Assembly (NCBI GenBank): GCA_012727915.1
Contig: JAAYGD010000058.1
Span: 1-52,272 of the forward strand
DNA length: 52,272 nucleotides
Direction: 5' to 3'
DNA from: Mycoplasmatota bacterium
Lineage (GTDB): Bacteria; Bacillota_I; Bacilli_A; RF39; UBA660
Position 1 is the stretch's first letter, and every line of letters begins with the position of its first letter. A model generated the notes under the pieces. That model was not told where the DNA came from. It ran no database searches and saw only the letters and a program-made list of their open reading frames with translations. Positions 39,499 to 49,939 of the stretch are shown piece by piece. A program made the translations under genes and the position numbers.

Positions 39499-42315
39499 AT
39501 GGAAAAAATAATAATTAAAGGTGCGAGAGAAAATAATTTAAAAAATATTGATATCGAAATTCCTAGAAATAAATTAGTTGTAATGACAGGAGTATCTGGA
39601 AGTGGAAAAAGTTCTCTTGCTTTTGATACTATTTATGCTGAAGGACAAAGAAGATATGTTGAAAGCTTAAGTTCTTATGCAAGACAATTTTTGGGAGTAT
39701 CTGATAAACCAGATGTAGATTCTATTGAAGGATTAAGCCCCGCTATTAGTATTGATCAAAAAACTACAAACAATAATCCAAGAAGCACTGTGGGTACAGT
39801 AACTGAGATATATGATTATTTAAGATTATTATATTCTAGATTAGGAATACCATATTGCCCTACTCATAAAGTTCCAATTGTTAGACAAAGCATTGAAGAA
39901 ATGGTAAATAAAATTTTAACATATGAAAACGGGACGAAACTAATGGTTATTTCTCCAATTGTAAGAGGGGAGAAAGGAACCCATAAAGAATTATTTGATG
40001 ATTTAAGAAAAGAAGGATTTACTAGAATAAGAATAAATGGTGAACAAAAAGATTTAAGTGAAGAAATTATATTAGAAAAAAATATTAGAACTGACATTGA
40101 TGTTATTATTGATAGATTAATAATAAAAGAAGATATTAGAAGTAGATTATTTGAGGCAATAGAAATATCAACAAAATTATCAAAAGGGAAAGTATTAATA
40201 GACATTATTGGTGATAAAGAATTATTAATGAGTGAGAAATTCGCATGTCCTCATTGTGATTTTAGTATTGAAGAATTAGAACCAAGAATATTTTCATTTA
40301 ATTCTCCTTATGGGGCTTGTAGTGAATGTAAGGGATTAGGATTTAAATTAAAAATAAAAGAAGATTTAATAATTCCTGATAAGGAAAAAAGTTTAAATAA
40401 AGGTGCAATTTTACCTTTAGCAAATATGGATGATTTTAATATATACATTAAAATGTTAGAAATTGTATGTAAAAAATATAATATTGATATGAATAAAAAA
40501 ATAAAAGATTTATCAAAAAAAGAATTAGATATAATATTAAATGGTACTGAAGAAAAAATAGAATTTAATTTTTCAACAAGGAGTGGAAACAAATATAATA
40601 AAATAGAAAAATATGAAGGAATAAGCAATAATTTGGAAAGAAGATATATGGAAACTACAAGTGAATTTATTAGAATGTGGTTAGAGTCATATATGACTGA
40701 ATTAACTTGTGAAGTTTGTCATGGAGCCAGATTAAAGGAATCTTCTTTAAATATATTTGTTAATGATAAAAATATATATGAATTATGTAATTTAAGTATT
40801 GATAAAATATATGATTTTTTTGAAAACATTAAATTATCAAATGAAGAAAAAGAAATATCTCAAATATTAATAAAAGAAATTAAAGATAGATTAAAATTTT
40901 TATTAAATGTTGGGTTAAATTATTTAAATTTAAATAGAAGTGCTGGATCTCTAAGTGGAGGAGAAGCTCAGAGAATAAGATTAGCTACTCAAATTGGATC
41001 AAGGTTGTCTGGTATGATTTATGTATTAGATGAACCTAGTATAGGACTTCATCAAAGAGATAATCAAAAATTAATTAATTCTTTGTTTGAAATGAGAGAT
41101 TTGGGAAACACTTTAATAGTGGTTGAACACGATGAAGAAACAATGATGCAAGCAGATTACTTAATTGATATTGGACCTAAAGCGGGCATAGAGGGTGGCT
41201 ATGTAGTTGCTAAAGGAACTCCTCAAGAAGTAATGAAAAATGAAAAAAGTATAACAGGAAGGTATTTAAGTGGAAAAGAAAAGATAGATGTTCCTAAAAA
41301 AAGAAGAGAAGGAAATGGCAAATATATTGAATTAAAAGGATGTACTCACAATAATTTAAAAAATGTATCAGTAAAATTTCCTTTAAATAAATTAATTTGT
41401 GTAACTGGAGTATCGGGTTCGGGAAAAAGTTCTCTTGTAAATGAAACTTTATATAAAATAATTTCAAAAGAATTATATTCTAATAAGATTAATCCTGGTA
41501 ATTATAAAAGTATTAAAGGATTAGATAATATAGATAAAGTAATAGAAATATCTCAAGATCCTATTGGAAGGACTCCTAGAAGTAATCCTGCTACTTATAC
41601 AGGTGTATTTGATGATATTAGAGGGATTTTTGAAAGTACTAAGGAAGCCAAGATAAGAGGCTATAAGAAGGGTAGATTTTCTTTCAATGTTAAAGGAGGA
41701 AGATGTGAAGCTTGTTATGGAGATGGCGTTAAAAAGATAGAAATGCATTTTTTAGCAGATGTATATGTACCTTGTGAAGTTTGTGGTGGAACAAGATATA
41801 ATAAGGAAACATTAGAAATTAAATTTAAAAACAAATCTATTTCTAATGTTTTAAATATGACAGTTGATGAAGCGCTTCCCTTTTTTGAAAATATTCCAAA
41901 AGTTAAAAACAAGTTGGATATGATTTCTAAAGTTGGTTTGGGTTATGTTAAACTTGGACAAAGTGCAACTACATTAAGTGGAGGAGAAGCTAGTAGAGTA
42001 AAACTTGCAAAAGAACTTCAAAAAAGACCAACTGGAAAAAGTTTATTTATACTTGACGAACCCACTACAGGATTACATGTTGATGATATTAAAAAATTGC
42101 TTGTAATATTAAATAAAATAGTAGATAATGGAGATACTGTTATAATTATTGAACATAATTTGGATGTAATAAAAGTGGCGGATTATATAATAGATTTAGG
42201 TCCGGAAGGCGGAGATTTTGGAGGAGAAATTATTGCACAAGGAACTCCTGAAGAAATCGTAAATATAAAGAAATCTTATACTGGAGAATATTTGAAAAAA
42301 GTGTTAAATAATTAA
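39499..42315 (+). CDS. uvrA: excinuclease ABC subunit A
   Basis: ATG 39499. Two ABC modules (GVSGSGKSSL x2, LSGGE x2) and zinc-finger CxxC pairs are present. Confidence 0.96.
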   Translation: MEKIIIKGARENNLKNIDIEIPRNKLVVMTGVSGSGKSSLAFDTIYAEGQRRYVESLSSYARQFLGVSDKPDVDSIEGLSPAISIDQKTTNNNPRSTVGTVTEIYDYLRLLYSRLGIPYCPTHKVPIVRQSIEEMVNKILTYENGTKLMVISPIVRGEKGTHKELFDDLRKEGFTRIRINGEQKDLSEEIILEKNIRTDIDVIIDRLIIKEDIRSRLFEAIEISTKLSKGKVLIDIIGDKELLMSEKFACPHCDFSIEELEPRIFSFNSPYGACSECKGLGFKLKIKEDLIIPDKEKSLNKGAILPLANMDDFNIYIKMLEIVCKKYNIDMNKKIKDLSKKELDIILNGTEEKIEFNFSTRSGNKYNKIEKYEGISNNLERRYMETTSEFIRMWLESYMTELTCEVCHGARLKESSLNIFVNDKNIYELCNLSIDKIYDFFENIKLSNEEKEISQILIKEIKDRLKFLLNVGLNYLNLNRSAGSLSGGEAQRIRLATQIGSRLSGMIYVLDEPSIGLHQRDNQKLINSLFEMRDLGNTLIVVEHDEETMMQADYLIDIGPKAGIEGGYVVAKGTPQEVMKNEKSITGRYLSGKEKIDVPKKRREGNGKYIELKGCTHNNLKNVSVKFPLNKLICVTGVSGSGKSSLVNETLYKIISKELYSNKINPGNYKSIKGLDNIDKVIEISQDPIGRTPRSNPATYTGVFDDIRGIFESTKEAKIRGYKKGRFSFNVKGGRCEACYGDGVKKIEMHFLADVYVPCEVCGGTRYNKETLEIKFKNKSISNVLNMTVDEALPFFENIPKVKNKLDMISKVGLGYVKLGQSATTLSGGEASRVKLAKELQKRPTGKSLFILDEPTTGLHVDDIKKLLVILNKIVDNGDTVIIIEHNLDVIKVADYIIDLGPEGGDFGGEIIAQGTPEEIVNIKKSYTGEYLKKVLNN

Positions 42316-42367
42316 TAAATTGATTTTATTCATAATATATAAGTAGTATAATAATAATGGAGGCAAA

Positions 42368-43186
42368 ATGAATAGTGTGTTGTTAGATTTGGGATTTATT
42401 CAAATAACTTATTATGCAATTATTATTTTAATTGCAATTTTATGTTCTTATTTTGTTATAGTAATGGAAGCAAATAAATATAATTATGATAAAGAATTCT
42501 TAGGGAATTTATTGTTTTGGACAATACTATTTGGAATAATAGGAGCTAGATTATATTATGTTTTATTTAATTTGGATTATTATAGCGCAAATCCTTCTGA
42601 AATATATAAGATATGGAACGGCGGTTTGGCAATACATGGTGGTATAATTTTTGGAATGATCTTTGCGGCTCTTTATTCTTTAAAATATAAAGGTAATATA
42701 TTGAAATTATTTGATATATTTGGTGTAGGTCTAATAATTGGTCAAGCGATTGGAAGATGGGGTAATTTTTTTAATTCAGAAGCTCATGGTGGCGAAACAA
42801 CAAGGATAGTATTAGAAAAAATGTTAATAATTCCAAAGTTTGTAATTGATGGTATGAAAATAGATGGTGTATATTATCAACCCACTTTTTATTATGAATT
42901 TTTATGGTGCTTATTAGGATTTATTATATTAATATTAATTAGAAAATTTTATAAATATTTGAAAGTTGGACAACTAGCATCATTATATTTTGTATGGTAT
43001 GGAATAGGAAGATTTTTTATTGAAGGAATGCGTACAGATAGTTTAATGTATGGAGATATTAGAGTGGCACAAGTGGTATCTTTACTATCAGTATTTATTG
43101 GAGCTAGTATATTTGTATATAAATTATTTTCAAACAGATTTTCTAATCTTTATGTTGAGGAGTATTCTAATGAAATCAAGTTTTGA
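42368..43186 (+). CDS. lgt: prolipoprotein diacylglyceryl transferase
   Basis: Lgt signature GRWGNFFNSEAHG in a multi-pass membrane protein. Confidence 0.9.
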   Translation: MNSVLLDLGFIQITYYAIIILIAILCSYFVIVMEANKYNYDKEFLGNLLFWTILFGIIGARLYYVLFNLDYYSANPSEIYKIWNGGLAIHGGIIFGMIFAALYSLKYKGNILKLFDIFGVGLIIGQAIGRWGNFFNSEAHGGETTRIVLEKMLIIPKFVIDGMKIDGVYYQPTFYYEFLWCLLGFIILILIRKFYKYLKVGQLASLYFVWYGIGRFFIEGMRTDSLMYGDIRVAQVVSLLSVFIGASIFVYKLFSNRFSNLYVEEYSNEIKF

Positions 43187-44024
43187 TGTTGTAGTAATTG
43201 GTGCGGGAGTTGCTGGCATGACTGCTGCAATTTATTTAAAAAGAGCTAATATATCTGTTGCTATTATAGAAAGCACAGCTCCTGGTGGTCAATTAAATAG
43301 AATAAATAATATAGATAACTATCCAGGAGTGTTAAGTATAGATGGACCATCATTAGCGTTTAATGTCTTTTCTCAAATGCAAGAATTGAATGTTCCTTAT
43401 ATTTATGGGAATGTAGTAAAGATTGTTAAGGGAAAAGAGTATGGTATTGTTACTAATAAAGAAGAAATTTTATGTAAATCAATTATTATAGCAACAGGAA
43501 GAAAACCGATTGAAACAGGATTAGATATAGAAAAGAAATTACTTGGAAATGGTATTAGTTATTGTTCGATTTGTGATGGAAATCTATATAAAGACAAAAT
43601 AGTTGCGGTATATACTAATAATGAAGAGGGAATTGAAGAAGCTAAATACTTATCAAATATTTGTTCTAAAGTATATATAGTAGGTGTTAAAGGTAGTAAC
43701 AAAAATAATATAGAATATTATGATAATAAAATTGATGATATTAAAGAAAAAGATGGAAGAATAGAGAGTATAATATTAGATAATAAAAACATAAAAATTG
43801 ATGGATTATTTGTGCTTCTAGGCAGCTATCCTTCAACTGAATTTATTGATTTAAAAAAACATGATGATTACATAATGGTTAATCAAGATATGCATACAAG
43901 TGAAGAAGGAATTTATGCTTGTGGAGATGTGATATTTAAAGGTTTATATCAAGTATCTACTGCAGTTGGAGAAGCTGCAACTGCTGCAAATAGTGCAATA
44001 AAATATATAAATAATAGGGAGTAA
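43170..44024 (+). CDS. thioredoxin-reductase-like flavoprotein disulfide reductase (NADPH motifs absent)
   Basis: ATG 43170 follows GAGGAG. The FAD motif VIGAGVAGMTAA, redox CSIC-DG and C-terminal ACGDV are present. The GGGxSA and HRR motifs are not recognisable. Confidence 0.75.
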   Translation: MKSSFDVVVIGAGVAGMTAAIYLKRANISVAIIESTAPGGQLNRINNIDNYPGVLSIDGPSLAFNVFSQMQELNVPYIYGNVVKIVKGKEYGIVTNKEEILCKSIIIATGRKPIETGLDIEKKLLGNGISYCSICDGNLYKDKIVAVYTNNEEGIEEAKYLSNICSKVYIVGVKGSNKNNIEYYDNKIDDIKEKDGRIESIILDNKNIKIDGLFVLLGSYPSTEFIDLKKHDDYIMVNQDMHTSEEGIYACGDVIFKGLYQVSTAVGEAATAANSAIKYINNRE

Positions 44025-44025
44025 A

Positions 44026-44967
44026 ATGTCATTTACATTAAAGGTAAAAGAAGAAATAATGAATCAAAATATGAGTAAAGTTGAAAAAATATCTTTTCTT
44101 TCAGCTTTTTTGAGAAATAATGCGGTTGTAGAAATAGATAAAATTTTAATTGAAACAGATAATAGTAGTATTTCTAATTTTATATTTAATATAATATATG
44201 ATTTATATAATATAAGGGCAAAAATAACTGTTAGAAAAAAATATAATTTTAAAGATATATATTCATATATATTAGAGATTAAAATTAAAAAAGATGAAAT
44301 ATTAAGAGATACATCTATAATTAATGATAGTGGTATATTTATTAATATTCCTAAAGATTATATTTATAATGGAGATGAAGAAAAAGTAGCGTATTTAATG
44401 GGTTTATTTTTATCATCATCTTCTATTAATGATCCTAAATCTTCAACATATCATTTGGAATTTTCTTTAGATGATTATGAATACTCAATATTTATTTGTG
44501 AATTATTAGATAGTTATATGCTAAATAGCAAATTAATCGAAAGAAAAAATAATTATGTAGTATATTTAAAAGAAGGAGAGAAGATTGGAGATTTCTTGAG
44601 AATTATTAAAGCAAGTAATTCTGTAATGTACTTTGAAGATATAAGAATATATAAAGACTATAAAAATATGGTTAATAGATTAAATAATTGTGAACAGGCT
44701 AATGTTGAAAAAACTTTTAAATCTGCAAATAATCAATTAGAAGATATAGAAGTTATAGAAAAATATATGGATTTAGATAGTTTAGATTCGAAATTAATTG
44801 AAATAATAAAATTTAGAAAAAAATATTATGAACTTTCACTTCAAGAATTAAGCAAAAAAATAGAATTGGAAACTGGTAAAAAGGTTACTAAATCTGGAAT
44901 TAATCATAGACTTAGAAAGATTAAAGAAATTGCTAATAAATTAAGAAGACATGAAATTAAGGAATAA
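44026..44967 (+). CDS. whiA: DNA-binding protein WhiA
   Basis: 313 aa. The N-terminus MSFTLKVKEEI is typical of WhiA, and there is a C-terminal helix-turn-helix region. Confidence 0.85.
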   Translation: MSFTLKVKEEIMNQNMSKVEKISFLSAFLRNNAVVEIDKILIETDNSSISNFIFNIIYDLYNIRAKITVRKKYNFKDIYSYILEIKIKKDEILRDTSIINDSGIFINIPKDYIYNGDEEKVAYLMGLFLSSSSINDPKSSTYHLEFSLDDYEYSIFICELLDSYMLNSKLIERKNNYVVYLKEGEKIGDFLRIIKASNSVMYFEDIRIYKDYKNMVNRLNNCEQANVEKTFKSANNQLEDIEVIEKYMDLDSLDSKLIEIIKFRKKYYELSLQELSKKIELETGKKVTKSGINHRLRKIKEIANKLRRHEIKE

Positions 44968-45029
44968 ATCATTTTCAAAAGTCTTTTTTTTTGATAATAT
45001 ATATATATACTTATAGAGGATGTGGTAAT

Positions 45030-45815
45030 GTGGGCAAAATAATATCTATAGTTAATCAAAAAGGTGGGGTTGGTAAAACAACTACCAGTATTAATTTGTC
45101 CGCTTGTTTGGGATATTTGGGTAAAAAAACTTTACTTATTGATTTAGATCCTCAAGGAAATTCTTCTACAGGAGTAGGGATTAATAAAGGAGATGCAGCA
45201 AAAAGTATTTATGATGTAATGACTGATAAAGAAGAGGTTACTAGTTCTATTCAAAAAACTAAGTATAAAAACCTTGATATTATACCAGCAACTATTAACT
45301 TAGCTGGTATGGATATTGAACTTTTAAATAAGAGTGCAAAAGATCCTAGTTTTATAAAAACATCACAATTAAAAAAACATATTTTAATTTTAAAAAACTA
45401 TTATGATTATGTTTTAATTGATTGTCCCCCATCTTTGGGTTTATTAACTACCAATGCATTAGTAGCTTCTGATTCAGTAATAATACCTGTTCAATGTGAA
45501 TTTTTTGCGCTTGAAGGTATAATGCAATTACTAAATACTATAATGTTAGTTCAAAAAAATCTAAATCCCAAACTAGATATAGAAGGAGTATTATTAACAA
45601 TGCTTGATTCTAGAACTAAATTAGGAATAGAAGTAGTAACTGAAATTAGAGGATATTTTAAAGAAAGAGTATATGATACATTAATACCAAGATTAGTTAA
45701 ATTATCAGAAGCACCTTCTTATGGAAAACCAATTCATGTTTATGATCCAACCAGTAGAGGAACAGATGCTTATCTAAATCTAGCAAAGGAAGTGATTTTT
45801 AGAAATGGAAAATAA
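45030..45815 (+). CDS. parA: chromosome partitioning ATPase ParA/Soj
   Basis: A GTG start at 45030 follows AGAGGA. The deviant Walker A motif NQKGGVGKTT is present. Confidence 0.9.
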   Translation: MGKIISIVNQKGGVGKTTTSINLSACLGYLGKKTLLIDLDPQGNSSTGVGINKGDAAKSIYDVMTDKEEVTSSIQKTKYKNLDIIPATINLAGMDIELLNKSAKDPSFIKTSQLKKHILILKNYYDYVLIDCPPSLGLLTTNALVASDSVIIPVQCEFFALEGIMQLLNTIMLVQKNLNPKLDIEGVLLTMLDSRTKLGIEVVTEIRGYFKERVYDTLIPRLVKLSEAPSYGKPIHVYDPTSRGTDAYLNLAKEVIFRNGK

Positions 45816-46680
45816 AAGAAGAGCTTTAGGAAAAGGATTAGAAGAATTATTTAATTCTGAAAGTTTGGAAATCGAAAAAATTGAAGAAAGAATATTACAA
45901 GAAGCAACAAAAGATGAAATAGTTGAAATAAGATTAGATGAATTAAGAAAGAATCCATATCAACCAAGAAAAGTTTTTGATGAAGAATCGTTGAAAGAAC
46001 TATCTGAATCTATTAAAAATTATGGTGTTTTTCAACCAATTATTGTTAAAAAAAGTATTAGAGGATATGAAATAATAGCTGGAGAAAGAAGAGTCAGAGC
46101 AAGCAGAATGGCTGGCTTAGAAACTATTCCTTCTATTGTTAGAGATTTTTCCGATGAACAAATGATGCAAATAGCGTTATTAGAGAATCTTCAAAGAGAA
46201 GATTTAACTGCTATAGAAGAAGCCAACGCTTATAAAGAAATAATTGCTTCTTTACAAATAACTCAAGATGATTTAGCAATTAAAATAGGAAAAAGTAGAA
46301 GCCATATTACAAATATTTTAGGTTTATTAAATTTACCAACATCAGTACAAGATATGTTATTGAAAAGAGAGATTTCAATGGGACATGCTAGGGTGCTTAG
46401 TAAACTTCAAGATCAATCTCAAATTGAACTACTAGCAAAAAGAGTAGTTAATGAAAGTTTGAGTGTAAGAAATTTGGAATCTTTGGTTGATAATACTTAT
46501 AAGAGAAAAGTTATAATAAAAAGAGAATCAAAACCTATAGAATATAAATATATTGAGGAAGCTCTAAAAGAAAAATTGGATACTTCAGTTTTTGTTACTA
46601 ATAATAAGATACAAATTAAATATGAATCAAAAGAAGATTTAAATAGAATATTAGAAATATTAGAGATAGATATTAAATGA
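45805..46680 (+). CDS. parB: chromosome partitioning protein ParB/Spo0J
   Basis: ParB box GERRVRA and a helix-turn-helix region are present. The gene overlaps the parA end. Confidence 0.9.
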   Translation: MENKRRALGKGLEELFNSESLEIEKIEERILQEATKDEIVEIRLDELRKNPYQPRKVFDEESLKELSESIKNYGVFQPIIVKKSIRGYEIIAGERRVRASRMAGLETIPSIVRDFSDEQMMQIALLENLQREDLTAIEEANAYKEIIASLQITQDDLAIKIGKSRSHITNILGLLNLPTSVQDMLLKREISMGHARVLSKLQDQSQIELLAKRVVNESLSVRNLESLVDNTYKRKVIIKRESKPIEYKYIEEALKEKLDTSVFVTNNKIQIKYESKEDLNRILEILEIDIK

Positions 46681-46686
46681 GGTAGT

Positions 46687-46866
46687 ATGAAAGAATACAA
46701 AGAAGGATCTATTGTTGTGATGAAAAAACAGCATCCTTGTGGTGAAAACAGATGGGAAGTTATTAGAACAGGAATAGATATAAAACTAAGATGTACAAAA
46801 TGTGATAGAATAGTAATGATAAATAGAGTTGATTTTGAAAAAAGATTAAAGAAAGTGGTTGAATAA
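46687..46866 (+). CDS. DUF951-family small protein (YyzM-like), not in the ORF track
   Basis: 59 aa (MKEYKEGSIVVMKKQHPCGENRWEVIRTGIDIKLRCTKCDRIVMINRVDFEKRLKKVV). It closely follows the pattern I recall for B. subtilis YyzM and sits in the same position near parB and ychF. Confidence 0.8.
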   Translation: MKEYKEGSIVVMKKQHPCGENRWEVIRTGIDIKLRCTKCDRIVMINRVDFEKRLKKVVE

Positions 46867-46867
46867 T

Positions 46868-48418
46868 ATGGAAGAAGAAAAAATTGATAAAAAAAAGTCC
46901 TGGTTTAATAACGCAATAATATTTTTTGTTTTTGCTATTATTATTGTATTTGTATTAAGTATATTAGGTTCGTTGTTAAATTGGGAAGGAACTTATTTGG
47001 TTAATAATGCTATTAATGGCAATTTAGAATCAAAATTAGTATCCGTAGAATCTTTGTTTTCAAGAGAAGGAATAAGATATATAGTTGGTAATGTAGTATC
47101 TAATTTTATTAATTTTAAACCTTTAGCTATGTTCTTATTTATAATGATAGGTATAGGTTTTGCAGAAAAAACCGGGTTGTTTTCATATTTGTTTCAATCG
47201 TGGACTAACAAAATAAACAAATTTTGGTTAACGTTTATTGTTGTTTTGCTTTCGATATTATCTAATTTAATTGGAGAAGTAGCTTTTACATTAATAATTC
47301 CAATTTCAGCAATATTATTTTTAGCAAATAATAGAAATCCAATTGTCGCAATTTTTGCCTCATTTATTGGAATTACAACAGGTACAGGAATAAATTTTAT
47401 TACTTCTCAAATTAGTTATGACGCTATAAATAATATATTAATAGGAGCTAAGATAATAGATCCAACTTATGTATTTAATATTAATAGTGGTTTGTTTTTT
47501 GGAATAGCGGGCTCTATAGCTTTAGCTTTTTTAATAACCTTTATAACAGAAAAATTTACTTCTAAGAGATTATCTAAATATAAAATAGAAGAAGTTTTAG
47601 AAGATGATGATATTCCTAAAAAGAAAAAGAAAAAAGCTATGCTATTATGTATGCTTGTTTCTATAGCTTTAAGTTCGTTTTTTATATATATGTTAATTCC
47701 AACCGGTGCACCTTTATCGGGTTTATTATTGGATTATCAAGAAAAAGATACTCTTTCTAGAATATTTAGTTCAAATTCATATGTTGCAGAAGGATTATCA
47801 TTCATAATACTATCAATGTTACTTTTATGTGGATGGATATATGGTTCAATTACTGGAACTTTAAAAAATCAAAAGAGTATTCCAAATTATTTATTTAGTT
47901 CATTAAACAATTTAAGTGGAGTATTAATATTATTGTTTTTTGCTTCTCAATTGATTGCACTATTTCAAAAGAGTAATATAGGAACTGTATTTACTATTTG
48001 GATAGCTAATTTTATTGAAAGTTTAAATGTATCTAGTTTACCATTAATATTAATATTTTTCTTATTAATGGTAATAGTTAATATTATTGAACCATCATCA
48101 ATTACTAAATTAGCAATATTAGGGCCTATTGTAACTCCTAAATTTATGAAATCAAATGTTAGTCCCGAATTTATGAATGTAGTATATAAATTAAGTGAAA
48201 CGGCATCTGATATTATTACTCCATTATTTCCATATTTTATTGTATTTTTAGGTGTTATATTAATATATACTAAAAAGAATGAAACTATAAAAATTAAAGA
48301 GATATATAAATTATTATTTCCTTATTTTGCTTTAATAACAATATTTTGGTTAATATTTATATTGTGTTGGTTTATAATTAATGTTCCTATAGGTGTAGGG
48401 GTATATCCATCATTATAA
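46868..48418 (+). CDS. AbgT-family (p-aminobenzoyl-glutamate type) transporter
   Basis: 516 aa, multi-pass. V.VESLFSREGIRY...NF..FKPL.....IMIGIGFAEKTGL matches the conserved N-terminal block of AbgT proteins. Confidence 0.7.
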   Translation: MEEEKIDKKKSWFNNAIIFFVFAIIIVFVLSILGSLLNWEGTYLVNNAINGNLESKLVSVESLFSREGIRYIVGNVVSNFINFKPLAMFLFIMIGIGFAEKTGLFSYLFQSWTNKINKFWLTFIVVLLSILSNLIGEVAFTLIIPISAILFLANNRNPIVAIFASFIGITTGTGINFITSQISYDAINNILIGAKIIDPTYVFNINSGLFFGIAGSIALAFLITFITEKFTSKRLSKYKIEEVLEDDDIPKKKKKKAMLLCMLVSIALSSFFIYMLIPTGAPLSGLLLDYQEKDTLSRIFSSNSYVAEGLSFIILSMLLLCGWIYGSITGTLKNQKSIPNYLFSSLNNLSGVLILLFFASQLIALFQKSNIGTVFTIWIANFIESLNVSSLPLILIFFLLMVIVNIIEPSSITKLAILGPIVTPKFMKSNVSPEFMNVVYKLSETASDIITPLFPYFIVFLGVILIYTKKNETIKIKEIYKLLFPYFALITIFWLIFILCWFIINVPIGVGVYPSL

Positions 48419-48433
48419 GGGGGAGGTGTTATA

Positions 48434-49531
48434 ATGGGTTTAAAAGCTGGAATAGTTGGTCTTCCTAATGTAGGAAAATCCACTATGTTTAACGCAATAA
48501 CTAAGAAAAATATTTTGGCTGCTAATTATCCTTTTGCAACTATTGATCCAAATGTGGGAGTTGTAATTGTTCCCGATAAAAGAATGCTTAAATTAGAAGA
48601 AATGTATATTCCTGAAAGAACCATACCCGCTACATATGAATTTATAGATATTGCGGGTTTAATAAAAGGTGCTTCTAAAGGAGAGGGTTTAGGAAACAAG
48701 TTCTTAACTCATATTAGGGAAGTGGATGCTATTTGTGAAGTTGTAAGATGTTTTGATGATGATAATATAATTCATGTTGAAAATACAATTAATCCAATAA
48801 GAGACATTGAAACTCTTGAAATAGAGTTAATGTTATCTGATATAGAAATAGTTCAAGCTAGAATAGCAAAAGTTGAAAAAAAAGCAATAACAACAAAAGA
48901 TAAAGAAACGATGATAGAATTAGAATTGTTTACAAAAATAAAAGATGCATTGGATAAAAATATACCTGCTAGAAAATTAGAATATACCAGTGAAGAAGAA
49001 AAGATATTAAAATCTTTCGGATTATTATCATTAAAACCTGTAATTTATGTTGCAAATATAAAGGAAGACGATTTAATAACTGGTAATAAATATATAGATT
49101 TAGTAAAAGAATATGCTATAAATAATAATTCAGAATGTGTAGTAATGTGCGCTAAAATTGAAAGTGAATTAAGTGAATTAAACGAATATGACAAGTTGTC
49201 CTTTTTGAAAGAATTAGGAATAGAAGATAGTGGATTGGATTTACTTATTAGAGCAACATATAAACTCCTTGGACTCGCAACCTTTTTTACTGTGGGTTCA
49301 GATGAAGTTAAAGCTTGGACATTTAAAGTAGGAATGAAAGCTCCAGAATGTGCAGGTATAATACATACTGACTTTGAAAGGGGATTTATTAGAGCAGAAG
49401 TAATGACATATGAAGATCTTATTCAATATGGAAGTGAATTAAAAGTTAAAGAAGCAGGAAAAACAAGATTAGAGGGAAAAGAATATATAATGAAAGATGG
49501 AGATATTTGTCATTTTAGATTTAATGTTTAA
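48434..49531 (+). CDS. ychF: redox-regulated ribosome-binding ATPase YchF
   Basis: P-loop GLPNVGKST, a TGS domain and a C-terminal HFRFNV. Length is 365 aa. Confidence 0.95.
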   Translation: MGLKAGIVGLPNVGKSTMFNAITKKNILAANYPFATIDPNVGVVIVPDKRMLKLEEMYIPERTIPATYEFIDIAGLIKGASKGEGLGNKFLTHIREVDAICEVVRCFDDDNIIHVENTINPIRDIETLEIELMLSDIEIVQARIAKVEKKAITTKDKETMIELELFTKIKDALDKNIPARKLEYTSEEEKILKSFGLLSLKPVIYVANIKEDDLITGNKYIDLVKEYAINNNSECVVMCAKIESELSELNEYDKLSFLKELGIEDSGLDLLIRATYKLLGLATFFTVGSDEVKAWTFKVGMKAPECAGIIHTDFERGFIRAEVMTYEDLIQYGSELKVKEAGKTRLEGKEYIMKDGDICHFRFNV

Positions 49532-49542
49532 TTAATTTTTTG

Positions 49543-49571
49543 TTTACTTATACTGTAAATTTTGTTATAAT
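49543..49571 (+). promoter_or_regulatory. candidate promoter of rpsF-ssb-rpsR
   Basis: TTTACT, a 17-nt spacer ending in TGt, then TATAAT (49566-49571). Confidence 0.4.
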
Positions 49572-49638
49572 TAACCCGAGTATTAATTTACTCCTTGCTT
49601 TTTTTAATAAAAAGCCATAGACCGAAAGGAGGTAAAAC

Positions 49639-49926
49639 ATGAAATATGAAATTATGTTCATAGTTAAACCAGATATGGAGGCTGAAGCACAAAAAGAACT
49701 TTTAAAAACTTTTGATAGTTTATTAAAAGATAACGGTGCAAAAGTTGAAACATTTAGAGAACTAGGACAAAAGGAATTGGCATATGAAATAAAGAATCAT
49801 AAAAGTGGATTCTATTTTTTGTATGAAATCAGTTCAAAAGATTCAAAAGCACAAAAAGAATTTGATCGTATTGCTAATCTAAGCGAAGATGTTATTCGTC
49901 ATATGATAATTAATACAAGTAAGTAA
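49639..49926 (+). CDS. rpsF: 30S ribosomal protein S6
   Basis: 95 aa with the N-terminus MKYEIMFIV. Conserved rpsF-ssb-rpsR order. Confidence 0.95.
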   Translation: MKYEIMFIVKPDMEAEAQKELLKTFDSLLKDNGAKVETFRELGQKELAYEIKNHKSGFYFLYEISSKDSKAQKEFDRIANLSEDVIRHMIINTSK

Positions 49927-49939
49927 TAGGAGGAAGTTT

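Noticed and set aside
44991-46680. parS sites (TGTTNCACGTGAAACA type) in or near parAB.
   Set aside because: I found no convincing match by eye in this region or elsewhere in the window. A proper pattern search is needed before claiming presence or absence.
49572-49638. A possible structured rpsF leader (S6:S18 autoregulatory RNA).
   Set aside because: I see only a 5-bp stem (GAGTA/TACTC) followed at a distance by a T-run. I cannot match it to the known leader motif without a covariance-model search.
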